Origin: Octopus sinensis
Lineage: Eukaryota
NCBI RefSeq assembly: GCF_006345805.1
Contig: NC_043010.1
Coordinates: forward strand, 66,526,001-66,590,000
Direction: 5' to 3'
Length of the DNA: 64,000 nt
Shown here: piece after piece, positions 1 to 13,100 of the stretch
How the letters are laid out: every line of letters starts with the position of its first letter
How positions within the stretch are numbered: position 1 is the stretch's first letter
Translations under genes and position numbers: made by a program
Notes under the pieces: model-generated
Seen by the model: only the letters and a program-made list of their open reading frames with translations
Database searches by the model: none
What the model was told of the DNA's origin: nothing

Positions 1-1594
1 GTTTGAAAAAGGAAAGCACCCAAAACCGGGTTTCTTTCAGTTTCTGTCTACCAAATCCACTCACAAGGCTTTGGTTGGCCCAAGGCTATAGTAGAAGACA
101 CTTGCCCAAGGTGCCACACTGAGGGACTGAACCTGGAACCATGTGGTTGGTTAGCAAGCTACTTACCATACAGCCACTCCTGTGCCTATATGTGTATGTC
201 TATGTTTGTGTGCCGATGTTGGTGTGTCTATGTCTCTGTAACTCAGCAGTTCAGCAAAGAGACCGATAGAATAAGTACTAGGCTTCCAAAGAATAAGTCC
301 TGGGGTCAATTTGTTCGATTAAAGATGGTGCTCCAGCATGGCTACAGTCAAATGACTGAAACAAATAAAAGAATACATCGTTATATACATACACATAGGT
401 ATATGACAAGCTTCTGCTAGATTCACTGATAAAGCATCAGTTGGCCCAGGGCTGTAGCAGAAGACACTTGCCCCAGGCGTTGCACAGTGAAACTGATAAT
501 AATAATGTGGTTGCATGCATTACAGTATAGGCTAAATGAATTTTATCAGGCCATTGGTACTCAGCAGCAGAGTTGATGCCAGTGCTGGTGCTACATAAAA
601 AGCAATTGTGCTTGTATCACTTAACCCATTCATGCCGATCGTCCGTTTAAATTGACCCTTAATTTACAAGGGTATGAAACAAATACTTGATATAAATTGT
701 GATTCGTGTATGATCTGTATCAAAGAATGAAACATGTTCTTTACGTGTATGCAGTCTGTATCAAACGGATTTCAATGAAGTTTTTTGCGGTTGCTATTTA
801 AGTCAAAATAATTGTATCTGTAAATTTTCAGGCAATTTCATCCACGAGAAAAATTTCGGTACGAATGGATTACACTGTGTGGAGTGGTTGGCGTTAGGAA
901 GGGCATCCAGCCTTAGAAACCATGTCAGAACAGACAATGGAGCTTGGCGCAGCCCCTGGTTTTGCCTGCTCCAATCAAACCATCCAACCCATGCCAGCAT
1001 GGTAAACACACGTTAAATTATGATGATGATTGATACTAGATACTGTGTTTGTTAGGACTAAAATCTCTTATGTACTCTGCATTAGTTTCTGTTCGAAGTT
1101 ACTGTTCTGCTACATGGGTTGCCTTCTCTGCAACTTACAGTGTCCATGTTTCTTTCATTTCTTCATCGTTTGGCTTCCCCTCTGCCCTAGTAGCAAATAC
1201 TTGACAACAGGGGATGGATGCATTTTATCAAGTACTAAACAAAATGGACCCAGTACTAGAGAAGGCACCCCTCTATCCTGCACCATTTGGATTTTGTTCA
1301 GCTATTTCTCTCCTCTACATATGTACGAGGGGCTGCTGAAAGGTCCCTGGTTTTGGGTAAAAGAAAATAGAGGAGGATCAGTTAATTATGATTTTATTGA
1401 ACATATTCCCTTCTCAGATTCACACACTCGTCTTGATCCTTCAGTTTTTCTAAACCCTGTAAAAAAACTCGAAAGGTTTGGCCTCCAACCAGGCCTTTCA
1501 TGATAACCTTAAAGCCAGGAACTTTTCAGCACCCCTTCGTATTTATGCCTACGACTATATGTGTAATTAATTTTCTGTTTTATTTGTTTTCTAG

Positions 1595-1862
1595 TTCTGT
1601 GAGCAAGTTAGTCAACACATTGAAAAGCTATCTTTCGATGCTCAAGACAGAGACCTTGATGTCATTGAAAAGCTGACCCGTGAATGTGCCCGTGACGAGA
1701 ACAATATCCAGCAAGTTATTAAGGTTATCTACAACAAGAGTTTAGTTGACTTAGATTTTGCTCGTACAGGAGTTATGATTTGTGATCGACTCTCCAAAAT
1801 TGATGGTGATGGGCTTAAATACCGCACACACTTGTTAAATCTTTTACAGAATGACTTCACAG
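1595..1862 (+). CDS. CTIF: CTIF-like MIF4G-domain protein, internal coding exon (first one visible; upstream exons lie outside the window)
   Basis: Acceptor ttttctag, donor AG|gtgagt, 268 nt open. FCEQVSQHIEKLSFDAQDRDLDVIEKLTRECARDENNIQQVIKVIYNKSLVDLDFARTGVMICDRLSKIDGDGLKYRTHLLNLLQNDFT resembles the recalled CTIF MIF4G segment IYQKAVSDRSFAFTAAKLCDKM...KFRSLLLNMLQKDFT. MIF4GD/SLIP1 is the alternative family member. Confidence 0.85.
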
Positions 1863-2995
1863 GTGAGTTAGTTTGCTTATTTCTTTAGCTGGCAGAGACG
1901 TTAGCAAGCTGGGCGAAATGCTTTGTGTTATTTCGTCCGCTGCTGCGTTCTGAGTTCAAATTCCGCCGAGGTCGACTTTGCCTTTCATCCTTTCGGGGTC
2001 GATAAATTAAGTACCAGTTACGCACTGAGGTCGATGTAATCGACTTAATCTGTTTGTCTGTCCTTGTTTGTCCCCTCTATGTTCAGCCCCTTGTGGGCAA
2101 TAAAAAAAAATTTTTTTTAATTAAAAAAAAAAATTATTCTGATACCAAATATTCTATCTCAGATACCTTTCTTGATTCCACCTGAATCCATTTGTTACCA
2201 TAATTCTGTGGAAATTCTGTCTCGGCAGAACTTGAAGTCAGAACATAAAGAGCTGGAAGAAAAGCTGCTTAGCATTTTGCCCAGTGGGGTTATGGTTCTG
2301 TCAGTGTACCACCTTAATGATAATAATAATTAATTCTGGTTTATTGGCCACAAGGGCTAACAAAAATCAAAGAAACATGTAAGGACAAATACAGGACGAA
2401 AATTACAATGGGTTTTGTCCGAAAAGAAAGGTCCGTGTAAACATTCAAAATAACAACGAAAAATATAACAAATAAAACTCCCAATAGGGGGAGGCACTTC
2501 GAAAGGTTACTCGTGGAAAAACCCATAAAAGCCACAGGGGGTGGGGGGGTCAAAAAGGGGTAGAAAGCCCCTTTTTCCTTTTATATTTCTTTTTTTTTTA
2601 CAGGTGTAATCTCAGAATTGGTCCGTTCATACTGGCCATTTTCCCGACATTCACCTACCTTTCAATAAATTTGCTATGAGACAGCACTTCCCTCTCTGCT
2701 CTCAGTAATAATAATAATCTTTCTAATTTTGGTACAAAGCAGCTATTTTTAAGGGGTGGAGGCCAGTCAGTAAGAACAATAATATTCCTTTCTGCTTTAA
2801 GCACAAGGATTGAAATTTGTTGGGAAAAGGCTAGACAATTACATCAGCCCCAGTATATAACTGATTCTTATTTTATTGGCCCTGAAAAGATGAAAGGCAA
2901 AGCTGACCTCGGAATTTGAACTCAAAATATAAAGGTGAACAAAATGCCGCTAAGCATTTTATCCGACAAGCTACTGAGTCTATCTGTCCATCGCC

Positions 2996-3027
<32 letters not shown>

Positions 3028-3946
3028 CCTTTCTACTATTGGTACAAGGCCTGAAATTTTGAGGGAGGATATTAGTTGATTACATCAACCCAAGTGCTTC
3101 ACTGATACTTAATTTATTGACCCCAAAAGGATGAAAGGCAAAGTCAGCCACAGCAGAATTTGAACTCGAAACGTAAAGACAGACGAAACACCACTAAACA
3201 TTTTGTCCAGTGTGGTAACAATTCTGCCAGCTTGCCCCTAGGCACAAGGCCAGCAATTTCAAGGGAGGGGTTAGGTTGATTACATTAATCTCAGTACTTG
3301 TCTGGTACTTATTTTTCGACGCTGAAAGGTCGATAAAATAAGTACCAGATGAGAACTGTGGTATTTGAACTCAGAACAGAAACATTTTGTCCAGCATACT
3401 AATTTTTCTGCCAGTTTGCTACTTTTACAACAACAACAACAATAATAATAATATGTTGAGCATTTATAAGTTCTTGATGGAATAAATTGCTAACACATAA
3501 GCAACAAAGGACTTGTGAAAGGTTAAACAATGATAGTTGCATAATATGTCAGGCCCATCTGACATATAAAAACAAAGGCAATTTTTACTTGTTTATTTAA
3601 AATATATTTTAATATATAGTAAAATGCATCGTGTAGTTTGAAAATTTATAACAACAAAATATATTTTTTAAAATGCTCCTATATTTCTGAAATAATTGGT
3701 ACTGCCTTCCATTTTTTTGTCTCATTTTCATTATTTCTTTTCAGATATACAACAACATTGGCAAAAGGTGAAGCTAACAGATCCTGAACAACAGTGTAAG
3801 TTTTTATTTTTAATTAATCTATTTTACCAACTCTGGTTTTATGGATCCTCTGAAAGTTCCTTGGTTACCTTTTCATTTGAAATGATCTTATCCTTTTTAA
3901 AAAAAAAGGGTCTACCTCTCCCACAGGTTCCCTTCAGTTAGAAATA

Positions 3947-4350
3947 GGCGTAGGAGTGGCTGTGTGGTAAGTAGCTTGTTTACCAACCACATGGTTCCGG
4001 GTTCAGTCCCACTGCGTGGCACCTTGGGCGAGTGTCTTCTACTATAGCCTCGGGCCGACCAAAGCCTTGTGAGTGGATTTGGTAGACGGAAACTGAAAGA
4101 AGCCCGTCGTATATATGTATATATATATGTGTGTGTGTATATGTTCATGTGTCTGCGTTTGTCCCCCCAACATCGCTTGACAACCGATGCTGGTGTGTTT
4201 ACGTCCCTGTAACTTAGCGATTCGGCAAAAGAGACGATAGAATAAGTACTAGGCTTACAAAGAATAAGTCCTGGGGTCGATTTGCTCGACTAAAGGCAGT
4301 GCTCCAGCATGGCCACAGTCACATGACTGAAGCTAGTAAAAAGTAAAAGT
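3947..4350 (+). mobile_element. tRNA-derived SINE family A with internal (TA)n(TG)n; other copies at 21426-21828 (+), 26780-27208 (+), 37721-38059 (+), 43765-44152 (-), 49551-49826 (-) and 57575-57957 (+)
   Basis: Pol III A/B-box-like head (TGGCTGTGTGG...GGTTCAGTCCC), CORE-like ACCTTGGGCAAGTG, common tail AATGACTGAAACAAGTAAAAGA. Confidence 0.85.
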
Positions 4351-5552
4351 AAAGTAAAGTAAGGTGGAGAAGCATGATCTTTGAATGCTGGGCCTCACAG
4401 GGGCAATGACAAGTGACCAAGACCTTTGGTGATATGCTGTGCTTGAGAAGATCCATCAAGCCAAGTGACACCATAGTCATGTAACCCGTGCTGGTGGCAT
4501 GTAAAGCACACCCTTTGAACATGGGACCTCATGGAGGCAAAGGTACATGACAGAGACCTTTGGTAATATGCCATGCTTGAGAAGACACATCAAGCCAAGT
4601 GAAACCATAGTTGTGGCTGAAGCTGGTGTCACATAAGACACCCATGACGGTGGCGCATAAAAGGCGCCCTTCAAATGTGGGGCTTCGTGGAGGCAATGAT
4701 AAGTGGACAAAACCTTTGGTGATATGCCATGTTTTACAAGACTTGTCAAGCCAAGCAAAAATGTAGTTGTAGCTAATGCCGATGTCACGTAACTGGCACT
4801 TAAAGAGCACTGATAACACTCTTAGGAATAGTTGGCATCAGGAAGGGCATCCAGCCGTAGAAACCATGCCAAATCAGATTGGAACCTGGTACAGCTCACC
4901 AGCTTACCAGTTTTCAATCAAACCATCTAACCCATGCCGGCATGGAAAGTAGACACTAAATGATGGTGATGATGATTGAACAACTTAAAGTACAATGATT
5001 TCCATCCCACTGCATGACCTCTTGAGAATGACTAGTTTAGAATCATATTAGATTAGCCAAAGTCCTTTATCATCATCGTCGTCATCATCATCATCATCAT
5101 CATTTAACATTTGAATCCAGGGGCAGCCAGATGGTGGTGCTGAATTGGTTGATAGATTGAGTTTACCACTGAAGAACAGGAACAGTCCTGCCTGGGTTTC
5201 AACACAGTCTCCATCTACTAAAGTTCAGTCATTAGGCCTGATTGGCTGAGGTTATAGTAGATGACACTTGTCCACGATGCTGCATCATGGAATTGAACCT
5301 GGAACCACATTGTTGCCCATGGTATGGTTAAACTTTGTCTACACCCACTATCCATCCTGTTCTGATCTAATATTGGTAATAATCTTCATGTATTCCTGCC
5401 CTGTTATTTCTTCTAAATGTCCAATCTTGTCTATAGTCATTTGTTTTTACATCTTTCTTTCCATGTTAGCATGGGTTAGACATTACTAAGACATTGTTTT
5501 ACAATTGTATGCTCTTCCTGTTACTAACCCTTGCCTGTTTTCCAAGTAACAT

Positions 5553-6027
5553 CATCATCATCATCGTTTAACGTCCGTTTTCCGCACTAGCACGGGTTGG
5601 ACAAACACATTTCTTATTTCACCAAACTTAACACTTCTGCTGCAGGGTACGGGTCTTTTTGAGTACAGCAAGATCCTGGCATCTTGGTCCTTGATCATCT
5701 CACCTGAAAAGCTCAGCATCCTGAGGTTGCTCTTCAGTACTTCATCCGATGTCTTCCTGTGTTTCCCGCTTCCACTTGTTCCATCTACTTTGAGATCAGC
5801 ACATCTTTATGGAGCTATCAGCATCCATCCACATCACATGACCAAACCAGTGCATTCCTCTCTCCTGCACACAGTAACCAATTCTTCTTATGCCTAACTT
5901 CTCTTTCTAGCACTTTGTTCAACACATACGCTAACATTACACATCTAGCAAAGCATACTAAGCTCACTCCTTTCTAACTTTTGCATGTCCTTTGCATTCA
6001 GGGCCCACATCTCACTACCATGTTGAA
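5553..6027 (-). mobile_element. RTE LINE 3' fragment
   Basis: Reverse-complement homology to 55626-56000; (GAT)n tail at about 5551-5570. Confidence 0.7.
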
Positions 6028-6107
6028 TTGTCTATTATAATTAATTTCAAATCAATAAAGTCATCAATTTTATTGCTTTTTTTAAATTTTTATTTCTGTT
6101 TTCACAG

Positions 6108-6298
6108 TCAAAGAAAATATACATGCTACCTCCCATGAGAAGTTTAAAGGACTTGTAGTGTTTCTGTGCCATGTTTATATTACTATGACAACCGTGAAGG
6201 GAGAAACTTTCAGAGTCCTTGTCAACCCCATCTTTCAGTGTTTGGAAATGTTACTGGAATCAGCTACAAGCGACGACCTGGAGATACTCAATAACTTA
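6108..6298 (+). CDS. CTIF: CTIF-like MIF4G protein, next exon
   Basis: Acceptor ttttcacag, donor gtaaga, phase matches the previous exon. (V)KENIHATSHEKFKGLVVFLCHVYITMTTVKGETFRVLVNPIFQCLEMLLESATSDDLEILNNL resembles CTIF GEPFRVLVCPIYTCLRELL. Confidence 0.85.
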
Positions 6299-8768
6299 GT
6301 AAGAAGATCCCTTGTTACTTTAATTCCTTCATTATTATCATTGTCTACATTGTTCTTAAACATCATCCTCATCATTTTTTAACACTGTCCTTCCATGTTG
6401 GTATGGGTTGAATGGCTTTGGCAGGAGATTAAAGCCGGCAAGCTGGCAGAACCGTTAGCACGCCGGGTGAAATGCTTGGCGGTATTTCGTCTGCCGTTAC
6501 GTTCTGAGTTCAAATTCCGCCTAGATCAACTTTGCCTTTCATCCTTTCGGGGTCGATAAATTAAGTACCAGTTACGCACTGGGATCGATATAATCGACTT
6601 AATCCGTTTGTCCCCTCTGTATTTAGCCCCTTGTGGGTAGTAAAGAAATCGGTTTGACAAGAGATGGTAAGTCACAAGACTGTGCCAAGCTCCAATATCT
6701 ACTTTGCCATGGTTTCTGTGGCTGGGTGACCTTCCTAATGCCAAACACTTTACAGAGTATACTGGATGCTTTTCAAGTGGTACCAGCACCATTGAGGTTA
6801 CCAAGTAACTTGCAATCATCATCATCATCATCGTTTAACGTCCGCTTTCTATGCTAGCATGGGTTGGACGATTTTGACTGAGGTCTGGCGAACCAGATGG
6901 TTGCACCAGTCTCCAATCTTGATTTGGCAGAGTTTCTACAGCTGGATGCCCTTCCTAATGCCAACCACTCCGAGAGTGTAGTGGGTGCTATTTACGTGCC
7001 ACCGGCATGGGGTCCAGTCAGGCGGTACTAGTAACAACCTCGCTCAAATCCTTTTACACATGCCAGTGAAGCGACGTTGGTAACGATGTGCAGGTGATGG
7101 GAGATCAGATTATGAATAAAGGGACAGAAATAGGTGCCATGCAGTAGAGGAGATACATGGCTACCTCAGCTGGAAAGAGTTGCTAATAAAATTTTTAAAT
7201 TCTATCTTTTGGATGATAAATTATATTATAATGACACCTCCCAGCCAGAGGGACTCCCTATGTAATTATCCTGCTTGCTAGAAACTACACCCTACTATCT
7301 TAAAATAGGAAGGACATGGTAACCAATGTAGTTCTTGAGCTACAAAAATGACTGGTGTTTTGTGACTGAAATATATTTGGTGATAGATCTGCTCAACAAA
7401 AACCATGTAACACTCCATTCCATATTAACTGCCATAAGCTCTCGTGCATTCATTTTAATTTTATGAAATGCAAAACATTGGATAAAGAGAATATGTTTGA
7501 GTATCTTATTAATACTAATCATATTTTTATGGGTATTCGTTATCGTTGTTTGAATGTCTACTTTTCCATGCTTGAATGAGACAGGTGAAATTCACTGGGG
7601 TAGATTTTTCCATAGGATATGGATGCTCTTTCTGTAACTGAAAATAATTTTTTTTTCCATTCAATAAGTACTTCATCAAAAAAAAAAAAAACCCAACAAA
7701 CATTATTTGAGGAGTTATCCTCAGCTATTCCCCGAGTCCAAGCAAAGTTATATTTGCTCCTAGTCTGGATGTGATTTCAGGGAAGATTGCAAACAAGGGA
7801 CACCACTTGTCAGATGATGATTGTTTACAATTAGCATACACTGCCAGGGCACTCTTACTTACTCTCTTTCTGGATCAGGCCTCCAGGTCAGCCCTGATTT
7901 AGATGTGATCAAATATATTCCAGCCATAATTAGGACGCTGGGGTTTCTTCCAGATAGTGTCTGCAGGATTTGATTTTTTAATGTAGCTTTACTCTTTTAA
8001 GACAGTAGGGTGAAATTTAAATATTTGTTTATGTTCGTCTGAAGCATATGCTGCCTTTTCCAATATTCACGATCTCTCTCTCTCTCATCATCATCGTTTA
8101 AAGTCCGTTTTCCGTGCTAGCACAGGATGGACAGTTTGACCAGGGTCTGGGAAGCCAGGGGCCTGCACCAGGCTCCAATCTGATCTGGCAGTGTTTCTAC
8201 AGCTGGATGCCCTTCCTAACGCCAACCACTCTGTGAGTGTAGTGGGTGCTTTTTACATGCCAGAGGAGGCTGGCAACGGCTACGATCAGTTGGTGCTTTT
8301 TATGTGCCACGGGCACAGAAGCCAGTCAAGGCGGTGCTGTCATCGGCCACGTTCAAATGGTGCTTTTTACGTGCCACCGTCACAACTACAATTTCCATTT
8401 GATATTTATTTTGTTGTTGATGTACTGGACTCAATAGGTCTCCTCAAGCACAGCAGGTCATGTGCCACTGGCACAGAAGCCAGTCAAGGCGGCGCTGGCA
8501 TCAGCCACGTTCGAATGGTGCTTTTTACATGCCACCGTCACAGGTGTCACAACTACAATTTCCATTTGATATTTATTTCGATATTGATGTACACAGAAGC
8601 CAGTCAAGGCGGAGCTGGCATTGGCCACGTTTGGATGGTTATTTTACGTGCCGCCAGCACAGGTATTGTAACTCTTTCTCATAAAGTCAGTATAAAAGGC
8701 ATGACTCCTACGAGGTTCACAAGAAATACCGGGATCCCTATAACCTTACGTTTCTTTTTCCACTTCAG

Positions 8769-8857
8769 CTTCAAAGTGTGGGCAAACAGCTAGACAATGA
8801 TGAACCTGAAAAAATGCAAGACCTATTCAACAAAATCCGTTTGAAAATTATTCAAGG
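8769..8857 (+). CDS. CTIF: CTIF-like MIF4G protein, penultimate exon
   Basis: Acceptor ttccacttcag, donor GG|gtaag, 89 nt. LQSVGKQLDNDEPEKMQDLFNKIRLKIIQ(G) resembles CTIF ELQSTGRLLEEQLPEMMTEL. Confidence 0.85.
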
Positions 8858-9696
8858 GTAAGACAACAAAATTTTGTAATTTTGTTTGAAGTAAAAACAT
8901 TTTCTTGATTTAGTTATCTATTTTCTTTTGATCTATTTTTGTAGTGTTGTATAAGAAAACTTTTGTGTCCGATTTACTTCACATCGGTAGTGGTAGTGGT
9001 GATTGACAGATGGCTGTAGATTTAGAGAAAGTGCAAACCATTTAGGGGCAACCACAGTTCCTCACTGGTTCTTGTTTTACAGACCCTAGAAGGAAAGATA
9101 AAGTTAACAATGGCAGAATTTGAACTCCATAAATATTTGCAACTGAGAATAATGCCATCTATTTACATTTGTGCTTCTCCAGAAATCACTAAGCTACATC
9201 AACCATCATCATTTAATGTCCATTTTCCATGCTGGCATGGGTTGGATGATTTGACCAGAGCTTGTAAGGCCAGGGACCGCACCAGACTCCATTATCTGTT
9301 CTGGCATGGTTTCTACAACTGGATGCCCTTCCTAAGCCAACCACTTTACAGAGTGTACTGGATGCTTTTTATGTGGCATCAACAAAAAGTGATTATGTTA
9401 TTTCAACAAGTCATCCACTAGCTTTGCAATAGGGAGTCCTTTACTTGAAAAATAGTTGAGGGTTAGCGATAGAAAGGGTATTCAACTGTAACATGAAAAA
9501 AAAAAGACTTAAAAACAAACAACTATAAGTATAGTTGTATGGATATAGGGTTTGCTTTGCCAAACCATCCAATCCATGATGTTTTCCATAAACGGACATT
9601 AAATGATGATGACAATAATATTCGAGTTCTATATTTAAGAGATGAGGAATTAGGTGCATTATTTACATTTGATGGATTTTTGTCCTCCTCTTGCCC

Positions 9697-9935
9697 ATGG
9701 GCATATGGTGTAGTGGTTAAGAGCACTAGCTACTAACCCCAAGATTCTGAGTTCGATTCCAGGCAGTGACCTGAATAATAATAACAACATCGTAAAATAC
9801 CTTAGGAATGAGAACCCAGGTTCAAAATTTCCCCAAGACACCTGAAAGCTTGGAGGGTATATCAGCCAAAACGTTTTGTTAACAACAAACAAGATGAGGA
9901 CAAATATCCGTCAAATGTAAAATAATGTAAATAAC
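9697..9935 (+). mobile_element. tRNA-headed SINE of a distinct family with a Penelope-like tail
   Basis: TGGTGTAGTGGTTAAGAGC...GAGTTCGATTCC head, (AAT)n spacer, unrelated 3' body. Confidence 0.6.
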
Positions 9936-10029
9936 ATTTCAGTTAAAACCTTTGTGACATGATCATGTGTTGATAGTTTCTGTCTATAATTATCCAAATA
10001 TGTCAAAGTCATTTTGATTTTTGTTACAG

Positions 10030-10165
10030 GTCCAGTCCACAGGTACGTTGTTACCTACTAGAGATTATAGAGATCCAAGCCCACAACTGGAAGATGCTTC
10101 CTTCTGACATAACTAGATTTTATTGTGATACTGCAGCAGATATTTTGGCTGGTATGGTAGTCTGA
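10030..10165 (+). CDS. CTIF: CTIF-like MIF4G protein, terminal coding exon with stop
   Basis: Acceptor ttgttacag, phase consistent. SSPQVRCYLLEIIEIQAHNWKMLPSDITRFYCDTAADILAGMVV* carries the MIF4G-end LLEIIE..A..W motif; TGA at 10163-10165. Confidence 0.87.
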
Positions 10166-13100
10166 TGCATGGAACTAGCTTTTAGTCAACAAACAATGAA
10201 GATTGTCATAACAGTTGCTTCTTCCGAATCTCTCTCCCTCAAGCAACTACAAAAAATAAAAATGAAATTTTTTTTTTTATTTTGTTCATTTTTTTTTTAT
10301 TATTTATAACTGTAAAACCAATCAACATTGTTTAAGTTGTCTACCAAATTGAATTTTTGTAAACTTTCAATTAAATACTGATTTCACAAGTTTTATTTAT
10401 TGTTGTTTTGTTTGTTCTTTTATAATTTTGTACTTATATATTCTGTTATAAGTATTAACTAAAGCATGATATAATTAATGAAGGACTATATACCCAGCTG
10501 GAAATTTTGGTTATATCCTTTAAGTATTATTTCGTGATGTGCAAACTGATACCATGAGTTTACTGTAAGATATACCCCTTAGGTTATTTTTGTATTATCT
10601 GAAATAGAATACCCGCATATCGATTAATCCCCCAAAAATTGTATATATTCTTGTTTAATCTTCTTTTCCTGTATTTAGTATTTCAACATTGTTTGCTTTG
10701 ATCCTTTTTCCATATGGTTTGGATTTTGGGTTCAGTCTCCAAGCGTGGCACTTTGGGCGTACTCCAGGCCAACTGATTCTTTGCGAGTGAATTTGGCAGA
10801 CGGAAAACACACAAAGCCCATTGTATATGTGTACATGCATGTATATGTGTCTATTAATATTTACTATTGTGCTTAGCTATAAAAGATGAATTTGGATATT
10901 TCCTGTCAAGAAAATTATCCATTTAGCTCTGTACTTTTAAACCGGCCAAAAATATTCTGCCTGTTTTATGTTCAAACTGGCCAGATCTGGTCTCTCACAC
11001 ACCAACCCTACAAGATAATACCTGATTAGTTCAAGGAAATGTGGATAAAAAAGGATTAATTTTGGCAGAATAATGCGAACACTAAAGGGTTAAAGGCATT
11101 TGAAATATAAAATCCCTTATTTGAAAAACGCTTAGGATCTAGCTACAGGAAGAGTTGTAAAAATAATACCTCAATAATACATAATCACTTGTTGCTATGT
11201 AGTAACATATAAAAACAAATACAATTTAAAGAGGAGAAAAAAAAACGCAACATTCCTTGCATGTCAGAAGGGCAGAGATTTGGAGAGAAAAAAGATTTTG
11301 TGTTTAATATCAAAATTTATTAAATTAGATTATTTCTTTCAAAACGTAAATATTCCATCATTATCATTTCATACAAATTATGTTAAGTGATATGGGAATT
11401 TATTTTCTTTCCTATCATTTGAGAGAGAAAATTTTTTTTTTTTTAAGACAAGCATCTCCAACACATAAATGAACATATTTATAAACAAAGACACAGACAC
11501 ACATTTCAGTCGATACATTTTCTTTACAACTGTGAACTTAATAAGAGACCTAAAATCTTTTGATCATTTTTTCTTTCTTCTTGCTTGCTTGCTTTCAAAA
11601 TAAATGCAAATTCTCTCCAAGCTATTTATTACTGTGTTGTGACCAGGTATTGCAACGCAAGTCAAAAAACACAATCCAAACAACAAACTGCCCGTTCTGT
11701 GAGTGAAGCAAACTTCCTTGGGTTTTAAATTTCAAATTATCAAAGGAATATAAATGCACATTGGATTTTTTTTTTTCCTTCTTAAAAGTTAAAATTCTAA
11801 TTGAAGAAAAAACATTCTATCTTAAATACATATTTTAAGAGATAAAAGAAAAGAAGGGAGAAAACTTGAACAATTTTTGTTGCTTTTTTTAAACTTTTTT
11901 TTGTCTTTTTAAATACTTTCCTGAGAAATTCTACGACTGAAAAATTTCTAAATTAATAAATCTGTTTATGCAATAATTAAAAAGTTACAATGTATCCTAA
12001 TTTTTAAAAGATTGTTCTTTTTTTTTGGAAGCTACAAGAAGATATTGTATAGGTTACATGTGGTTTTGATCCAAAATTAATTTCATATATATAATAGGTA
12101 AAGAATAGAGTATATGGCATTACATTTATTCCATGGTTTACAATTTTTTTCTACAACACACAGGAGACCAAACAGCATGTCTGTAGACTTGGATGATAAA
12201 AATTTAGTCATATACATTGAGTAATGTATATTATATAATTGCTATGGCAGTCATGTAGTCCTAACCAAGGAGATAAATATAATATCCTATATAGCATACA
12301 TATATATGTCTGTGCGAGAGGTGGACATGACTGTGTGGTTCACAACCATGTGGTTCTAGGACTCAGTCCCACAGAATGGCAGCATCTTGGGCCAGTATCT
12401 TCTATTGACTCAGGTCAACCATGGGCTTTGTATGAGAATTTGGTACACAGAATCTATATTAAAGTTTGTGTGTGGGTGTGTACAGATAGATATAAGTTGA
12501 TATTTTGCATGTCAACTTATGAGCAAAACACGATGTTGACATTATGACCAGTCACTTTTGAAATGTAGGTCAGTGTTGGTGATAGTAAGAGCATTTGGCC
12601 ATAAAAACCTGTCTCAAAAATCAATTTCCATAGAAAAACAAATTTTACATACATTCATGTGTGTATAAAAATGGTTTTGTCAGGAGAAAGGAAATACTTG
12701 TGACCCTTTCAGGGACTCAAAAACTAGCAGGAGAAAGTTATCATTACAACAGAAAATGGGCTCATATTGCTCATTATAGAATGGCCATGTTATGGTTTTA
12801 AACCAGCCAATAGATTAAGTTTAACATCAAAAAAACACACAGTTTCCAACTGTCAAATTTCACAACCCAATGCTTTGGTTACCACAAGGCTGATAGATGA
12901 CATTTGCCCAAGATGCCTCGGTGGGTATGATAGTTTTAAAGCAAACCTCTTCACCACACAGCGATGTCTGTCATTTGAAAATATAACTAGACAATTAGTC
13001 CAGCAGTCTAACCCCCAAAGCTGTTACCATTTAATATAAATGCTTTATCTATTCCAGCAAGTGGGCACTGGCCATAGTGGGCCTACATCACTTAGATATT

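Noticed and set aside
1030-1503. 157-aa ORF
   Set aside because: Runs through repeat tail and MITE-like intronic sequence with no domain; the real exon starts at 1595.
8191-8793. 200-aa ORF and similar ORFs at 39343-39813, 39946-40314 and 57062-57547
   Set aside because: Translations of the RTE-tail ~50-bp subrepeats; the same pseudo-peptides recur wherever the repeat does.
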